Virus record (IMG/VR): IMGVR_UViG_3300014205_000204
Location: 1-64,000 of that record
Direction: 5' to 3' (one strand)
DNA length: 64,000 bases
From: a virus
Lineage: Duplodnaviria; Caudoviricetes
Each line of letters begins with the position of its first letter. The first letter of the stretch is position 1. Both the position numbers and the translations under genes were made by a program. Below are positions 47,461 through 55,930 of this stretch, one piece after another. The notes beneath the pieces are model-generated. The model made no database searches and was not told the DNA's origin. It worked only from the letters and a program-made list of their open reading frames with translations.

Positions 47461-48519
47461 CTATTTTTTCTTCGTGGCGTTGCCCTTCTTGGCTTGGGCG
47501 GGTGCGTCCCCATTCTGCGGAGCGTTGACTTCCTTGATGAAGGCCATCTCCGCATCGTAGATCTTCTTCCTGAGCTCGGCGTTCTCCTTGACTGCGGTGA
47601 TCGCGGCTTCCCTGCCTATCGCTATCCTCTCGTCGCCGAAGTAATAGCTTGTCCCCCTCATCGTGACCACCCCATCCTCGAGCGCGGCGTCGATCATCTC
47701 CATGGCCATGTTGAAACCCCCCTTGAACATCATCTCCGTCTCGTACGTCCTGTAGGGCGTGGAGCACTTGTTCTTGGTGTTCTTGAGGGCGATCCTGATG
47801 CCGACCTTCTCCTGCCCGCTCTTGATGTCTTCCTTCTTCCTGCACTCTATCCTGATCGAGCTGTAGAACTCGATGGCCTTTCCTCCGCTCGTGACCGTCT
47901 TCGGCCCGTACATGGACATGGTGTCGCGGAGCTGGTTGATCGCGAGGATCGTCGTGCCGGTACGGGCCATCAGCTGGATCGCCCTTCGCGCCCACTTGGA
48001 GACCAGACGCGCGCGAAGCGCCATGCTGTCCTTGCCCAGGTCCTCGTCGAACTCCTTCTGGGAGACGAGCGCGTCGATCGAGTCGATGACGATGAGGTCG
48101 ATCGCGCCGGACTCGATCAGCTCGTTCACCGCGTCAAGGGCCGTCTCCCCTATCTCCGGGGAAAGGAACACCAGGCCCTTCGTGTCCAGTCCCACGTTGC
48201 GGGCGTACCGGGAGTCGAACGACTTCTCCATGTCGACGAGCGCGACCGTGCCGCCGCTCTTCTGGATCGACGCCGCTATCCACGAGCAGAGGACGCTCTT
48301 GCCGCCGGATGGCAGGCCGGCGACCTCGATGAGCTTGCCCTTCGGCAGCCCGCCTCCGGCCATCCTGGCGAAGCCGACGGACTCGATGTCCATCCAGGTC
48401 GGAACGACCTCCTCGCCCTCCTCGAGTATGGACGCGAAGTCGTCTTCCTTGTTGATCTTCCCCAGCGCGCTCATGAGGGCCCGCTTCCTTTCCTCAGGAG
48501 TCATTTCTTCTTTTTGCAT
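47461..48519 (-). CDS. recA: RecA-family recombinase
   Basis: GGLPKGKLIEVAGLPSGGKS, LIVIDSIDAL, INQLR and SGGKAIEFYSSIRI motifs. Confidence 0.93.
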   Translation of the reverse strand: MQKEEMTPEERKRALMSALGKINKEDDFASILEEGEEVVPTWMDIESVGFARMAGGGLPKGKLIEVAGLPSGGKSVLCSWIAASIQKSGGTVALVDMEKSFDSRYARNVGLDTKGLVFLSPEIGETALDAVNELIESGAIDLIVIDSIDALVSQKEFDEDLGKDSMALRARLVSKWARRAIQLMARTGTTILAINQLRDTMSMYGPKTVTSGGKAIEFYSSIRIECRKKEDIKSGQEKVGIRIALKNTKNKCSTPYRTYETEMMFKGGFNMAMEMIDAALEDGVVTMRGTSYYFGDERIAIGREAAITAVKENAELRKKIYDAEMAFIKEVNAPQNGDAPAQAKKGNATKKK

Positions 48520-48824
48520 GTTTTCTTTCGTTTATTTTTCCTCTCCCCGAAGAACTGGTAGGTTCCGGTGTCCCTGACCTCCCTCATGCCTTTCCTGTGC
48601 GTCCACTTCGTGCCGTCGCAGTTGCTCGCGCAGACGACCTCCCGTGGGTACGCGAGCTCCAGCTCCTTCTTGCCTACCTGGAACGACTTGAGGACAGTCG
48701 CGGCCCCGCAGACGGCGCATGGGCTGTCCAGTAGCCCCTGTATCCGCTCTTCGTATACGGCGACCCTGTGGTCCCGGTCAAGGAAGTTCGGAGTGATTCC
48801 GTTGTTTTGCATAAAACTTTTCAC
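48501..48824 (-). CDS. Small Cys-containing hypothetical protein
   Basis: CAVC...CASNC motifs. GTGA overlap with the helicase stop. Confidence 0.6.
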   Translation of the reverse strand: MKSFMQNNGITPNFLDRDHRVAVYEERIQGLLDSPCAVCGAATVLKSFQVGKKELELAYPREVVCASNCDGTKWTHRKGMREVRDTGTYQFFGERKNKRKKTCKKKK

Positions 48825-51178
48825 CAGTCGATGGTGGTTACGTCCACCCTCTGCTCGTCGCGCTTTTCCGTCCTTTCCTCGCCGTACTTCGGGGTGTCGA
48901 CATAGTCTCCCCTCTCCCGGTCGAACTGCACGACTATGTGCTTCTCCCCGTTCGGGTTCCTGGCCTTGGGTACGATGATGTGGGTGTTCACGTACCTTCC
49001 GGAATTGTCCGCCATGATCTTCTTCATGGCGTCCATCTTTGTCTCCTTGCCCTTTTTCTGCGCGTCCGACGCCGATTCCCCCCTCTCCCTCCAGAGGTTG
49101 ATCACGTAGGACGCGTTCTGCCCGAGCGCCGCGGAATCCTTGAACGATTCGATAGTCGGCAGTTCCCCGTTGGTCTTCCTGTAATGGGCGACGATGGGAA
49201 GCCTGAGCCCGTTCTTGTTGATCTCGTGCTTGGCCTCGACCATGAACCTCTCGATGGCGTCGTTCTTGTTCCCCTTGCCCTCCTCGAAGTCCATGTGGTG
49301 CAAGTGGTCAAGGCAGAGGACCTTGTACCCGCCGTCGACCGCCCTGGCCATCAGCTCCTTCAGCTGCCTGAACGACAGCCTGCCGTCGCAGGTCACGAGG
49401 GTCATCCCGCACTTCTTGACGTCGCTCCTGGCCTCGTCCATCATCTCGCGGAAGGCGTCACCCGACAGCTCGTTCCTGCGGAAGGCGTTCCATGGGTATC
49501 TCGGACGGCCCCGTGACTTCGCGATCTCGTTGATCCTGTAGTAGAGCGCCCTGATCGCGTAGTCCTGCACCCTGTCCTCGAGCGCGGCCAGCATGACCTT
49601 CGTGCCTGCCGCGTCGGCTCGCCTCAGGATGTTCTGGATCAGCGTGGTCTTGCCGCTGTTGTGGTGGCAGATGCCGTAGCCGTCGACGTAAAGCCTGTCG
49701 CCCTCCTCCAGCTCGAAGCCGTAGTACTCCCCGACGCCGGCGTCCTCGAGCGTGAAGTCGAACGTCACGTCGACGTAGTAGCCACCGGCCCGCCTGCATT
49801 CCCTCACGCTGTCCTTGACCAGGGTCGTCCTGTTCAGCCTGTTTACCATATACTCCGGGATGCGCGGCTTCCAAAGCTTCCATATGTCCCTCCTGGGCAG
49901 GTCCTTCTCGTCGAACACGTACCTCTTGAGGGTTGACGCCTTGATGTTCATCAGGTGCCTTCCGTTCCTGCTGTGGTGCGATCCGCCGCCGGCGTTGTTC
50001 TCTTCCAGCCAGACGCTGAAGACGTGGTCGCGGTTGACGACGAACGGCGGGCACTGGCCTTCGGCGGGGACTACCCTGATCATCTTGTCCAGGCCGTAGT
50101 GCAGCCTGCCTACCTTCCTTGACTTGCCGTCCGGTCCCATGACGAAATCCCCGACCATGACCTTCTCGACGGCCTTCAGCTCCCCGTCCCACATCCTTAT
50201 CGGGTGGCCCTTCTCATGGCAGCCAGTCGATCCGCCGAACAGGGGAAGCTCGCCGGGCATCATGCCCGTCAGCGCCTCGTCAAGGAAGTTATAGCCGTAC
50301 GAGACGATGTCCTCCGGCCTAGTCGAGGCCAGCTCGCTGTAGCCCATGTCCATGGCCTCTCCCCAGCTGATGACGTTGACGCTCGACGGCGGCTTCCTGG
50401 GGGTGTCCTTGGCTATCTCCCTCTCCCATGCCGGCTGGTCGTTTACCGCCCTTTTCGCCACGCTCTCGAAAACGCTCCTCAACTCCCTTTCCGTCAGTTG
50501 CGGCTCGCACTGCTCCCTGTTCCACCTCAGCATCCTCGGCCAGACCTTTCCCTCCCAGTCGTACGGCCTCGTGAACCTCATGAGCTTTCCGCAGGCGCTC
50601 GCGGCCACCGTGTTCCTGTTACCTTGGGACGCCGATTCAAGCTCAACCTCGAACTCACCCAGCATCACCCCCGGGGGATGCGCGACGCCGGTCGCGAACA
50701 GGTCGATCTCCTTCCTGAAAAGATGCTCCGGGAAAGGCCGTATCTCCATGTCATTCATGAACTCGTACCTGTTGCCTGACCTGTGCAGCGAGGGCGGCGC
50801 GACGACCTGCCCGCCGTCGCCGCGGATGTCCGTGAGCGGCATGATCCTCGCGGCGTTCCCCCTCCCCGGTGAGTGCCTGTAATAGAGGTGGTAGCCTCCC
50901 CCTCCCGTCCTGACCATCAGTGTCGGAGGGAAGTGGGAGCAGTCCCCTCCCTTCTCGACGTCGATCACGGTGAGGTCGCTTACCCTTCCGGTAACTATCC
51001 CGACATTGACGTACTTGCCTTCCCCGAACCACTCGACAAGCTCCTCGTCGGTCGGCGTCCTCTCCTGGTAAACCTTCCAGGATATGATGGGGTACTTGTC
51101 GTCTCCCAAGGGGACGACTGACCACCCGCGGCGCACGTACCCCCGTGCAGCCTCGAGCGTGTTAATGAAAATGCCCAT
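48821..51178 (-). CDS. Bifunctional primase-polymerase (Prim-Pol) fused to DnaB-like SF4 helicase, intein-containing
   Basis: RGWSVVPL, NVGIVTG..DVE and GGGYHLYY (Prim-Pol), SQGNRN (PriCT-like), spliced GSTGSGKT Walker A, LDHL Walker B and KARN. Confidence 0.9.
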   Translation of the reverse strand: MGIFINTLEAARGYVRRGWSVVPLGDDKYPIISWKVYQERTPTDEELVEWFGEGKYVNVGIVTGRVSDLTVIDVEKGGDCSHFPPTLMVRTGGGGYHLYYRHSPGRGNAARIMPLTDIRGDGGQVVAPPSLHRSGNRYEFMNDMEIRPFPEHLFRKEIDLFATGVAHPPGVMLGEFEVELESASQGNRNTVAASACGKLMRFTRPYDWEGKVWPRMLRWNREQCEPQLTERELRSVFESVAKRAVNDQPAWEREIAKDTPRKPPSSVNVISWGEAMDMGYSELASTRPEDIVSYGYNFLDEALTGMMPGELPLFGGSTGCHEKGHPIRMWDGELKAVEKVMVGDFVMGPDGKSRKVGRLHYGLDKMIRVVPAEGQCPPFVVNRDHVFSVWLEENNAGGGSHHSRNGRHLMNIKASTLKRYVFDEKDLPRRDIWKLWKPRIPEYMVNRLNRTTLVKDSVRECRRAGGYYVDVTFDFTLEDAGVGEYYGFELEEGDRLYVDGYGICHHNSGKTTLIQNILRRADAAGTKVMLAALEDRVQDYAIRALYYRINEIAKSRGRPRYPWNAFRRNELSGDAFREMMDEARSDVKKCGMTLVTCDGRLSFRQLKELMARAVDGGYKVLCLDHLHHMDFEEGKGNKNDAIERFMVEAKHEINKNGLRLPIVAHYRKTNGELPTIESFKDSAALGQNASYVINLWRERGESASDAQKKGKETKMDAMKKIMADNSGRYVNTHIIVPKARNPNGEKHIVVQFDRERGDYVDTPKYGEERTEKRDEQRVDVTTIDW
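49658..50221 (-). mobile_element. Mini-intein (188 aa) in helicase Walker A
   Basis: Starts CHEKGHPIRMWDG, has block B VVNRDHVF, and ends YYGFELEEGDRLYVDGYGICHHN followed by +1 Ser (SGKT). Confidence 0.93.
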
Positions 51179-51190
51179 TATTGTTTTACC

Positions 51191-51691
51191 TTATTCCGCG
51201 GGTTCAAGCTCCCCCCACGGCAGGCTGTCCCTCATCCACTCCGTCCTCATCGCCTCGTCGACGTCCACGAGCGTCATGTTTCGCGCAAAATTCCTCACCT
51301 CGTCCGTGGAAGTCTCCTCGTCGACGCTCAGGTCATGCGGTCGCTTGACGTTCACCTCCGACCACCTGTACCCGTCGTTGTCCCTTTGCCTCACGTACAC
51401 GGCCGCCCTCCGGTACTCCCGGTTGTCCTCCCCCACCGCTGGTTTCCTGATCGCGAACCATCCGGCCTCGAACGCCGTCCAGTTCTCGTTGTAGTTGGCG
51501 AGAGCCCAGTAGACATCCAGCCCCCTATGCTCGGGCGGGGTGCCTGCGGGGCTCTTGGGCGGCGGCAGGAGGTCGTTGAACGTCGACGACGAGCAGTATG
51601 ACTGCCCCCTTCCCCACGCCTCTATGGCCTGGGTGAACTGCTCGTCGGTCAGGAACCTCCACCCGTCGCCGTAGTATTTGACAAGCTTCAT
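51191..51691 (-). CDS. Hypothetical protein
   Basis: 166-aa ORF in the replication operon. Confidence 0.7.
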   Translation of the reverse strand: MKLVKYYGDGWRFLTDEQFTQAIEAWGRGQSYCSSSTFNDLLPPPKSPAGTPPEHRGLDVYWALANYNENWTAFEAGWFAIRKPAVGEDNREYRRAAVYVRQRDNDGYRWSEVNVKRPHDLSVDEETSTDEVRNFARNMTLVDVDEAMRTEWMRDSLPWGELEPAE

Positions 51692-51694
51692 TGT

Positions 51695-52288
51695 TTATCC
51701 GCTGACAATTTTGTTAGACTTCCCCTCGTCGTTCCTCTTCTTCCAGGCGACGGCCTTGTGCCACCGTAGCTCGAGGTCCCTTAACGACTTGAACGTGGGC
51801 GCGAACTGGTCAAAGCTGGCGTAGCCGGCGGACAGCGAGTCTATCATGCCGATGACGGAATTTTCCCCGAACTGCCTCACGAGGCTGACTGCCGAGTCGC
51901 TGTTGTACTTCGCCCCCCAGAACGTCGCCTTGGCGATTTTCGTGGCGTCGCCCAGGCATGCCTTCTCGAACTTCGCCATTATGGCCCTTGCCTCGGGTAC
52001 CGCGACCACCATGTCGCTGACCTCGACCTTCGGTGCCTCCTTCCTTAACGGGACGGAGAGCGTGTACGTGGCCGCGCCGGTTTCCCTTATGTACCCATGA
52101 GCCACGAGCCTCGACAGAGATTCCCTCGCCTCATTGACCTTCCTGCCTGACCTGGACGCCAGGGCAGGGACGGTGACCTTTCCCTCCCCGCGCGACATGA
52201 ACGTACTGGCTGCCGCCAGTGTCCGGACGTCGGCATCGCTCAGCTCCTTGTCGGAGAGAGCGCTTTCCTCGATGATCGCGAAGGCCAT
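51695..52288 (-). CDS. Winged-HTH replication-initiator-like protein
   Basis: N-terminus MAFAIIEESALSDKELSDADVRTL...ESLSRLVAHGYI resembles phage replisome-organiser HTH domains. It lies upstream of the helicase. Confidence 0.55.
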   Translation of the reverse strand: MAFAIIEESALSDKELSDADVRTLAAASTFMSRGEGKVTVPALASRSGRKVNEARESLSRLVAHGYIRETGAATYTLSVPLRKEAPKVEVSDMVVAVPEARAIMAKFEKACLGDATKIAKATFWGAKYNSDSAVSLVRQFGENSVIGMIDSLSAGYASFDQFAPTFKSLRDLELRWHKAVAWKKRNDEGKSNKIVSG

Positions 52289-52715
52289 GGGTGTGCGCGG
52301 GTTAGGACATGATGAGAAGTTGGTGCCTCTTGACAGTTTCTAAATTAACATATAACATTTTGTGGCATGACTGGCAATACCCCCATATTGCCACTGTGTT
52401 GTGCGTTTTTTGGCCTACGCTACATGATCATATCCACAAGTAACTTGCGCGTCGTAATCCCAGGTTTCCTGCCCGTTTCCCTGGGACAACATTTTTTTCC
52501 CATTTCACGCGCGATGTGAGACTTCAGTGCGACAGATCATGACGAGGCAACAGCGAGAAGGCCAGATCGCTACTGTGCCTACAGAAGAACCAAAAAAGGA
52601 GACTGCCTGCCGCTTTGTCCAAGCCGGCTGCCGATGTCTCCTTTTTTGCGTTATTCAGTTGTGAAAGAGCTAAAGAACAGAAGGGGGAACTGACTTTTCA
52701 TCAAACATTTTTCGG

Positions 52716-53000
52716 CTATCCGCCGTTTTCGATACGCTCGATCTCCTGGTTGACCTTCGTCTTCAGTGACCGCTGGTGGGTTACGAACACCTTGGGCTCC
52801 ACGAGGCACTTGGAGGACCAGTAGTCCTTCTCGCATGCCCTGAGCTCCTCGGTGTCCTGGAAAAGAAACCACCCCTTTGCCCGTTTCCTCTCGCCTTCCA
52901 GAATGATCTGGATGCCATCGATCCCGTGTCCCAGCGACATTAGAGTCGCTGCGAGCGCCAGGTCGGTCGTGGCCATTGGCTTGTCGGTTTTTAATGTCAT
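52716..53000 (-). CDS. DUF5659-like protein
   Basis: TTDLALAATLMSLG...FLF...YWSSKCLVEPK pattern. Confidence 0.65.
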   Translation of the reverse strand: MTLKTDKPMATTDLALAATLMSLGHGIDGIQIILEGERKRAKGWFLFQDTEELRACEKDYWSSKCLVEPKVFVTHQRSLKTKVNQEIERIENGG

Positions 53001-53043
53001 ATCCTTTTTTGTTTTTGTTTTTACCCTTTCCCCCTCTACTTAA

Positions 53044-53092
53044 ATTATATCACATCTTTTCGCGGAAAATGACCTTTTTTTCATGGTATAAT
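53044..53092. promoter_or_regulatory. Divergent extended -10 promoters
   Basis: TGATATAAT on minus (53052-53044) and TGGTATAAT on plus (53084-53092). Confidence 0.75.
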
Positions 53093-53135
53093 TAAGGTGT
53101 AGGGAAGGAGAGATCTCCCTGCAAACTACTAACAT

Positions 53136-53261
53136 ATGGAAAACGTAACGAATGCCTGGTCGGTACTCGATTCCTCGAGGGAGGGCAGCCTTAAGCCCGA
53201 CTTCGGGAAGTCGCGGAAGGCGCGGGCAGTGAGGAAGACAAGGCGCAGCAAGAAAAAGTAA
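53136..53261 (+). CDS. Small basic protein (41 aa)
   Basis: Manual translation MENVTNAWSVLDSSREGSLKPDFGKSRKARAVRKTRRSKKK. First ORF after the promoter. Confidence 0.55.
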   Translation: MENVTNAWSVLDSSREGSLKPDFGKSRKARAVRKTRRSKKK

Positions 53262-53277
53262 ATAATAAAAAACAAAT

Positions 53278-53622
53278 ATGGCTTGTAAGAGCAAAAAAGG
53301 CAAGGCAGTACGCGCGGTCAAGAAAGGCAAGAAGGATGGTAAGGGAGGACCGGGCATGGAAATGATGATGGGTAGTGCCCCTTCAATGGGTGCACGTCCC
53401 CCGATGGGTGGCGCCCCTTCAATGGGTGCACGTCCCCCGATGGGTGGCGCCCCTTCAATGGGTGCACGTCCCCCGATGGCACCGGCCAAGGGCATCTCCT
53501 CGGTCGCCGCTGCAGTCAAGGCGGCCGTCGCCGGCCTCTCCCCCGAGGACCGCGCCCGCGTCGGCAAGATGACCGTCGATGAGCTTCTTTCCGGCGGTGC
53601 CGCATCCCCTGAAGTAGAGTAG
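53278..53622 (+). CDS. Basic protein with Met/Gly/Pro repeats
   Basis: K-rich N-terminus and 3 x 12-aa repeat MG(S/G)APSMGARPP. A-rich leader. Confidence 0.7.
   Translation: MACKSKKGKAVRAVKKGKKDGKGGPGMEMMMGSAPSMGARPPMGGAPSMGARPPMGGAPSMGARPPMAPAKGISSVAAAVKAAVAGLSPEDRARVGKMTVDELLSGGAASPEVE
53368..53475 (+). repeat. 36-bp tandem repeat x3
   Basis: ATGGGT(A/G)G(T/C)GCCCCTTCAATGGGTGCACGTCCCCCG at 53368, 53404 and 53440. Confidence 0.95.
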
Positions 53623-53624
53623 TA

Positions 53625-53993
53625 ATGTCCATCTCAAGCACCGTCCGCGACTTTAAGGCAACCGTCAGGGAAACGCCGTCAAGGATGGGCGATGCCGTTC
53701 GCGGACTGAAGAAGGACCTCAAGGCTTCCTCCGAGTCAAGGAAGGGCCTCACGAAAGCTAACATGGTCGCCGACGGCCGGGACAAGGAAAAGTTCGACGC
53801 TTCGGCCAAGGCTGAAGGCAACTTGAAGGACGCCTACTCTTCCGGAGAGACGCTTGCCGACCGGGTCAACATGGCCCATACGACCAGCGACCGCGGGAGG
53901 AAGTCCCTCGAGAGGGAACAGAAAAAGTCGAGGTTCGGCGCGGCTCTGGCCGGCAGGTACAATGTAGGGCAGGCGCGCCGGAAGGTAAAATAG
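53625..53993 (+). CDS. Basic hypothetical protein
   Basis: 122 aa, K/R-rich. Confidence 0.7.
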   Translation: MSISSTVRDFKATVRETPSRMGDAVRGLKKDLKASSESRKGLTKANMVADGRDKEKFDASAKAEGNLKDAYSSGETLADRVNMAHTTSDRGRKSLEREQKKSRFGAALAGRYNVGQARRKVK

Positions 53994-54006
53994 TAAAACA
54001 AAAAGT

Positions 54007-54198
54007 ATGCAAAAACAAAAGAAATCCAAGCTAATCCGAGAGGCGCCGTACTTTTCTGGCAAGTGCAAGAAGTGCGACGGAAAGGGAGGCTTTGCCTCCA
54101 GCCTTACGTCTTCCGGCAGCCAGTCCGCGATGGGCAAGGCCATCGGCTCTCTCGCCAAGCCGACAGGGATGAGGAAGCCTAAGCCGCGGGTGGTGTGA
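54007..54198 (+). CDS. Small basic protein with CxxC
   Basis: 63 aa, KCKKCDG, with an A-rich leader. Confidence 0.6.
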   Translation: MQKQKKSKLIREAPYFSGKCKKCDGKGGFASSLTSSGSQSAMGKAIGSLAKPTGMRKPKPRVV

Positions 54199-55064
54199 AC
54201 AAGTCCCTAGGGGAGAAGAGTAAGGACGTCGGAAGGAATATCTATGACTTCCTCGGAAACGCGGCCCTGGGTGCCCGTCGCAGACTGGACGAGCTGAAGG
54301 GCGATATCCAGTTGGCGAAGGATGTCGCGACCATCCCGGAAGCGCGGGAGTGGTACGCCGGCGAGAAGAGGAAGAACCTCAAGGACATGGGTGCCGCCGT
54401 CCGCAGGACTCTTGCCGGCAGGAAGGGAAAGGAGTACGAGGAGGAGACGAGGAGGATCAACCGTGAGCTTGTCAACCAGCTGTACGACCGCAAAGAAACA
54501 GGGAAGTTCTCACCGGAGGAGACAGCGGACCTTGTCATGGGTCTTCCTTCTCTCCACAGCGGGGAGAATATGGGCGTCTATGGCGACGTGATCAGCGAAA
54601 GGGAGTTCAAGCCTTATGAAGGCCGGAACGTTCTGGACCTGGGGCGTGGCTACAAGGGGAACCGTGAAATGAGGTCTGAGTGGATCGCGGCATATTACGA
54701 CCCCTCGCACAGTACGCTGGCAATGGATCCGTCCCTTGACTTCAGTGACGTGAACGTGCTTCACGAGCGTGCCCATGAGTACCAGGACAAGACGTCCGGG
54801 ATGACCAAGTTCTACGACTCGACCACCGGGAAAACGGTCAACCGACAGGAGTTCTACGCCCGCCTCAAGCAGGCGGAGTACAATGACCCGCTCGCCGCCG
54901 AAATCATAGGGTGGGCGAAGAAAGAAGCCGCAATGTATTCCAATGACCCAAGCCACATACCGAGTGAGATCTACGCCAGACTGGCTACGGCAAAGCTAAT
55001 GATGCCGAAGGAGCAGTTTAAGAGCATAATGCCGGAAGTCTACGCACTCCTCCCCTGGAAGTGA
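54195..55064 (+). CDS. HExxH-motif putative metallopeptidase
   Basis: AAYYDP...LAMDP...VLHERAHEYQ and a downstream EIYAR. GTGA-coupled start. Confidence 0.6.
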   Translation: MNKSLGEKSKDVGRNIYDFLGNAALGARRRLDELKGDIQLAKDVATIPEAREWYAGEKRKNLKDMGAAVRRTLAGRKGKEYEEETRRINRELVNQLYDRKETGKFSPEETADLVMGLPSLHSGENMGVYGDVISEREFKPYEGRNVLDLGRGYKGNREMRSEWIAAYYDPSHSTLAMDPSLDFSDVNVLHERAHEYQDKTSGMTKFYDSTTGKTVNRQEFYARLKQAEYNDPLAAEIIGWAKKEAAMYSNDPSHIPSEIYARLATAKLMMPKEQFKSIMPEVYALLPWK

Positions 55065-55070
55065 ATAGAC

Positions 55071-55104
55071 AAAAAAAAAGCGCGATATTCTCGCGCTTTT
55101 TTTT
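55071..55104. terminator. Bidirectional terminator at convergent junction
   Basis: A9-GCGCGA-TATTC-TCGCGC-T8 between 55064 (+) and 55111 (-). Confidence 0.85.
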
Positions 55105-55110
55105 GCTATC

Positions 55111-55506
55111 CTAGTAGCCGTTGCCTCCGTAAGACTTTGTGATGGCGACCTGGGCGATCTTCAATGCGTCGATCTGCCTGACGATGACGTTGGCCTCTGA
55201 TTCGGCTTCCGCGGCTTCCGCGTAGGCGCAGATTTCCCTGTCACCCACCCTGACCGTGTCGGCCTTGGCCATGGCCTCGGCCTTGACCGCCGACTGGGCC
55301 TTGCCGGTCTGCGAGTCGTTCTCGTTCATGCGGGCAGCGAGGGTGGCGTGGTAGGCGCGCCTTGCGGCCGTCTCTACCTTTGCCACCTCGCTGAGGCACC
55401 CGGCGAGGCTGACGATGGCCTGGGAGATGGCGATCGGGTTGGCCGAGTCGCCGTTTACTTCCTTCTGGATCTGGGCGTAGATTTCGTCGTGGTTAGTGAA
55501 TGTCAT
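55111..55506 (-). CDS. Hypothetical helical protein
   Basis: 131 aa, Ala-rich coiled coil. Confidence 0.7.
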   Translation of the reverse strand: MTFTNHDEIYAQIQKEVNGDSANPIAISQAIVSLAGCLSEVAKVETAARRAYHATLAARMNENDSQTGKAQSAVKAEAMAKADTVRVGDREICAYAEAAEAESEANVIVRQIDALKIAQVAITKSYGGNGY

Positions 55507-55514
55507 GGTAATGG

Positions 55515-55919
55515 CTACTCGTTTATCTTTAGCTTGCCGGTGATCTCATTCCTGCTGGCCTCGCTGATGGTTGGCTCCAGCAGCCGGTACTCGAGCACCC
55601 CGACCTGGGCCAGCAGCTCGATTACGTTGGCCCCGATGACGATGACGTCCATCGCCTCCATCTTGCTCAGGCGTCCGTTTTCGGCGACGATCCTTTCCAC
55701 AAGTCCGTTCGTGTTGCCGATGAAGTTGATGCCCTCGAACGAATTGATCTCCTCATGGAACTTGAGATGCTGCTGGAACGCGGTGATGGTCTCCCTGATG
55801 TTCTCGCTGATCTCCTCGTTAATCGTCTCGGCCAGCTTGTCAGCCTGCCCTATGTCCGGGAGGCCGTTGGCATCGATGTGGCGCCTGAACGCCGAAGTCT
55901 TCATTTTACTTTCAGTCAC
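55515..55919 (-). CDS. Hypothetical protein
   Basis: 134-aa ORF in operon. Confidence 0.65.
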   Translation of the reverse strand: MTESKMKTSAFRRHIDANGLPDIGQADKLAETINEEISENIRETITAFQQHLKFHEEINSFEGINFIGNTNGLVERIVAENGRLSKMEAMDVIVIGANVIELLAQVGVLEYRLLEPTISEASRNEITGKLKINE

Positions 55920-55930
55920 AGTTTTGTTGG

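Noticed and set aside
46343-48561. Long alternative-frame ORFs 46343..47995 (-) and 47494..48561 (+)
   Set aside because: These are shadows of the giant protein and recA. The first crosses a bidirectional terminator.
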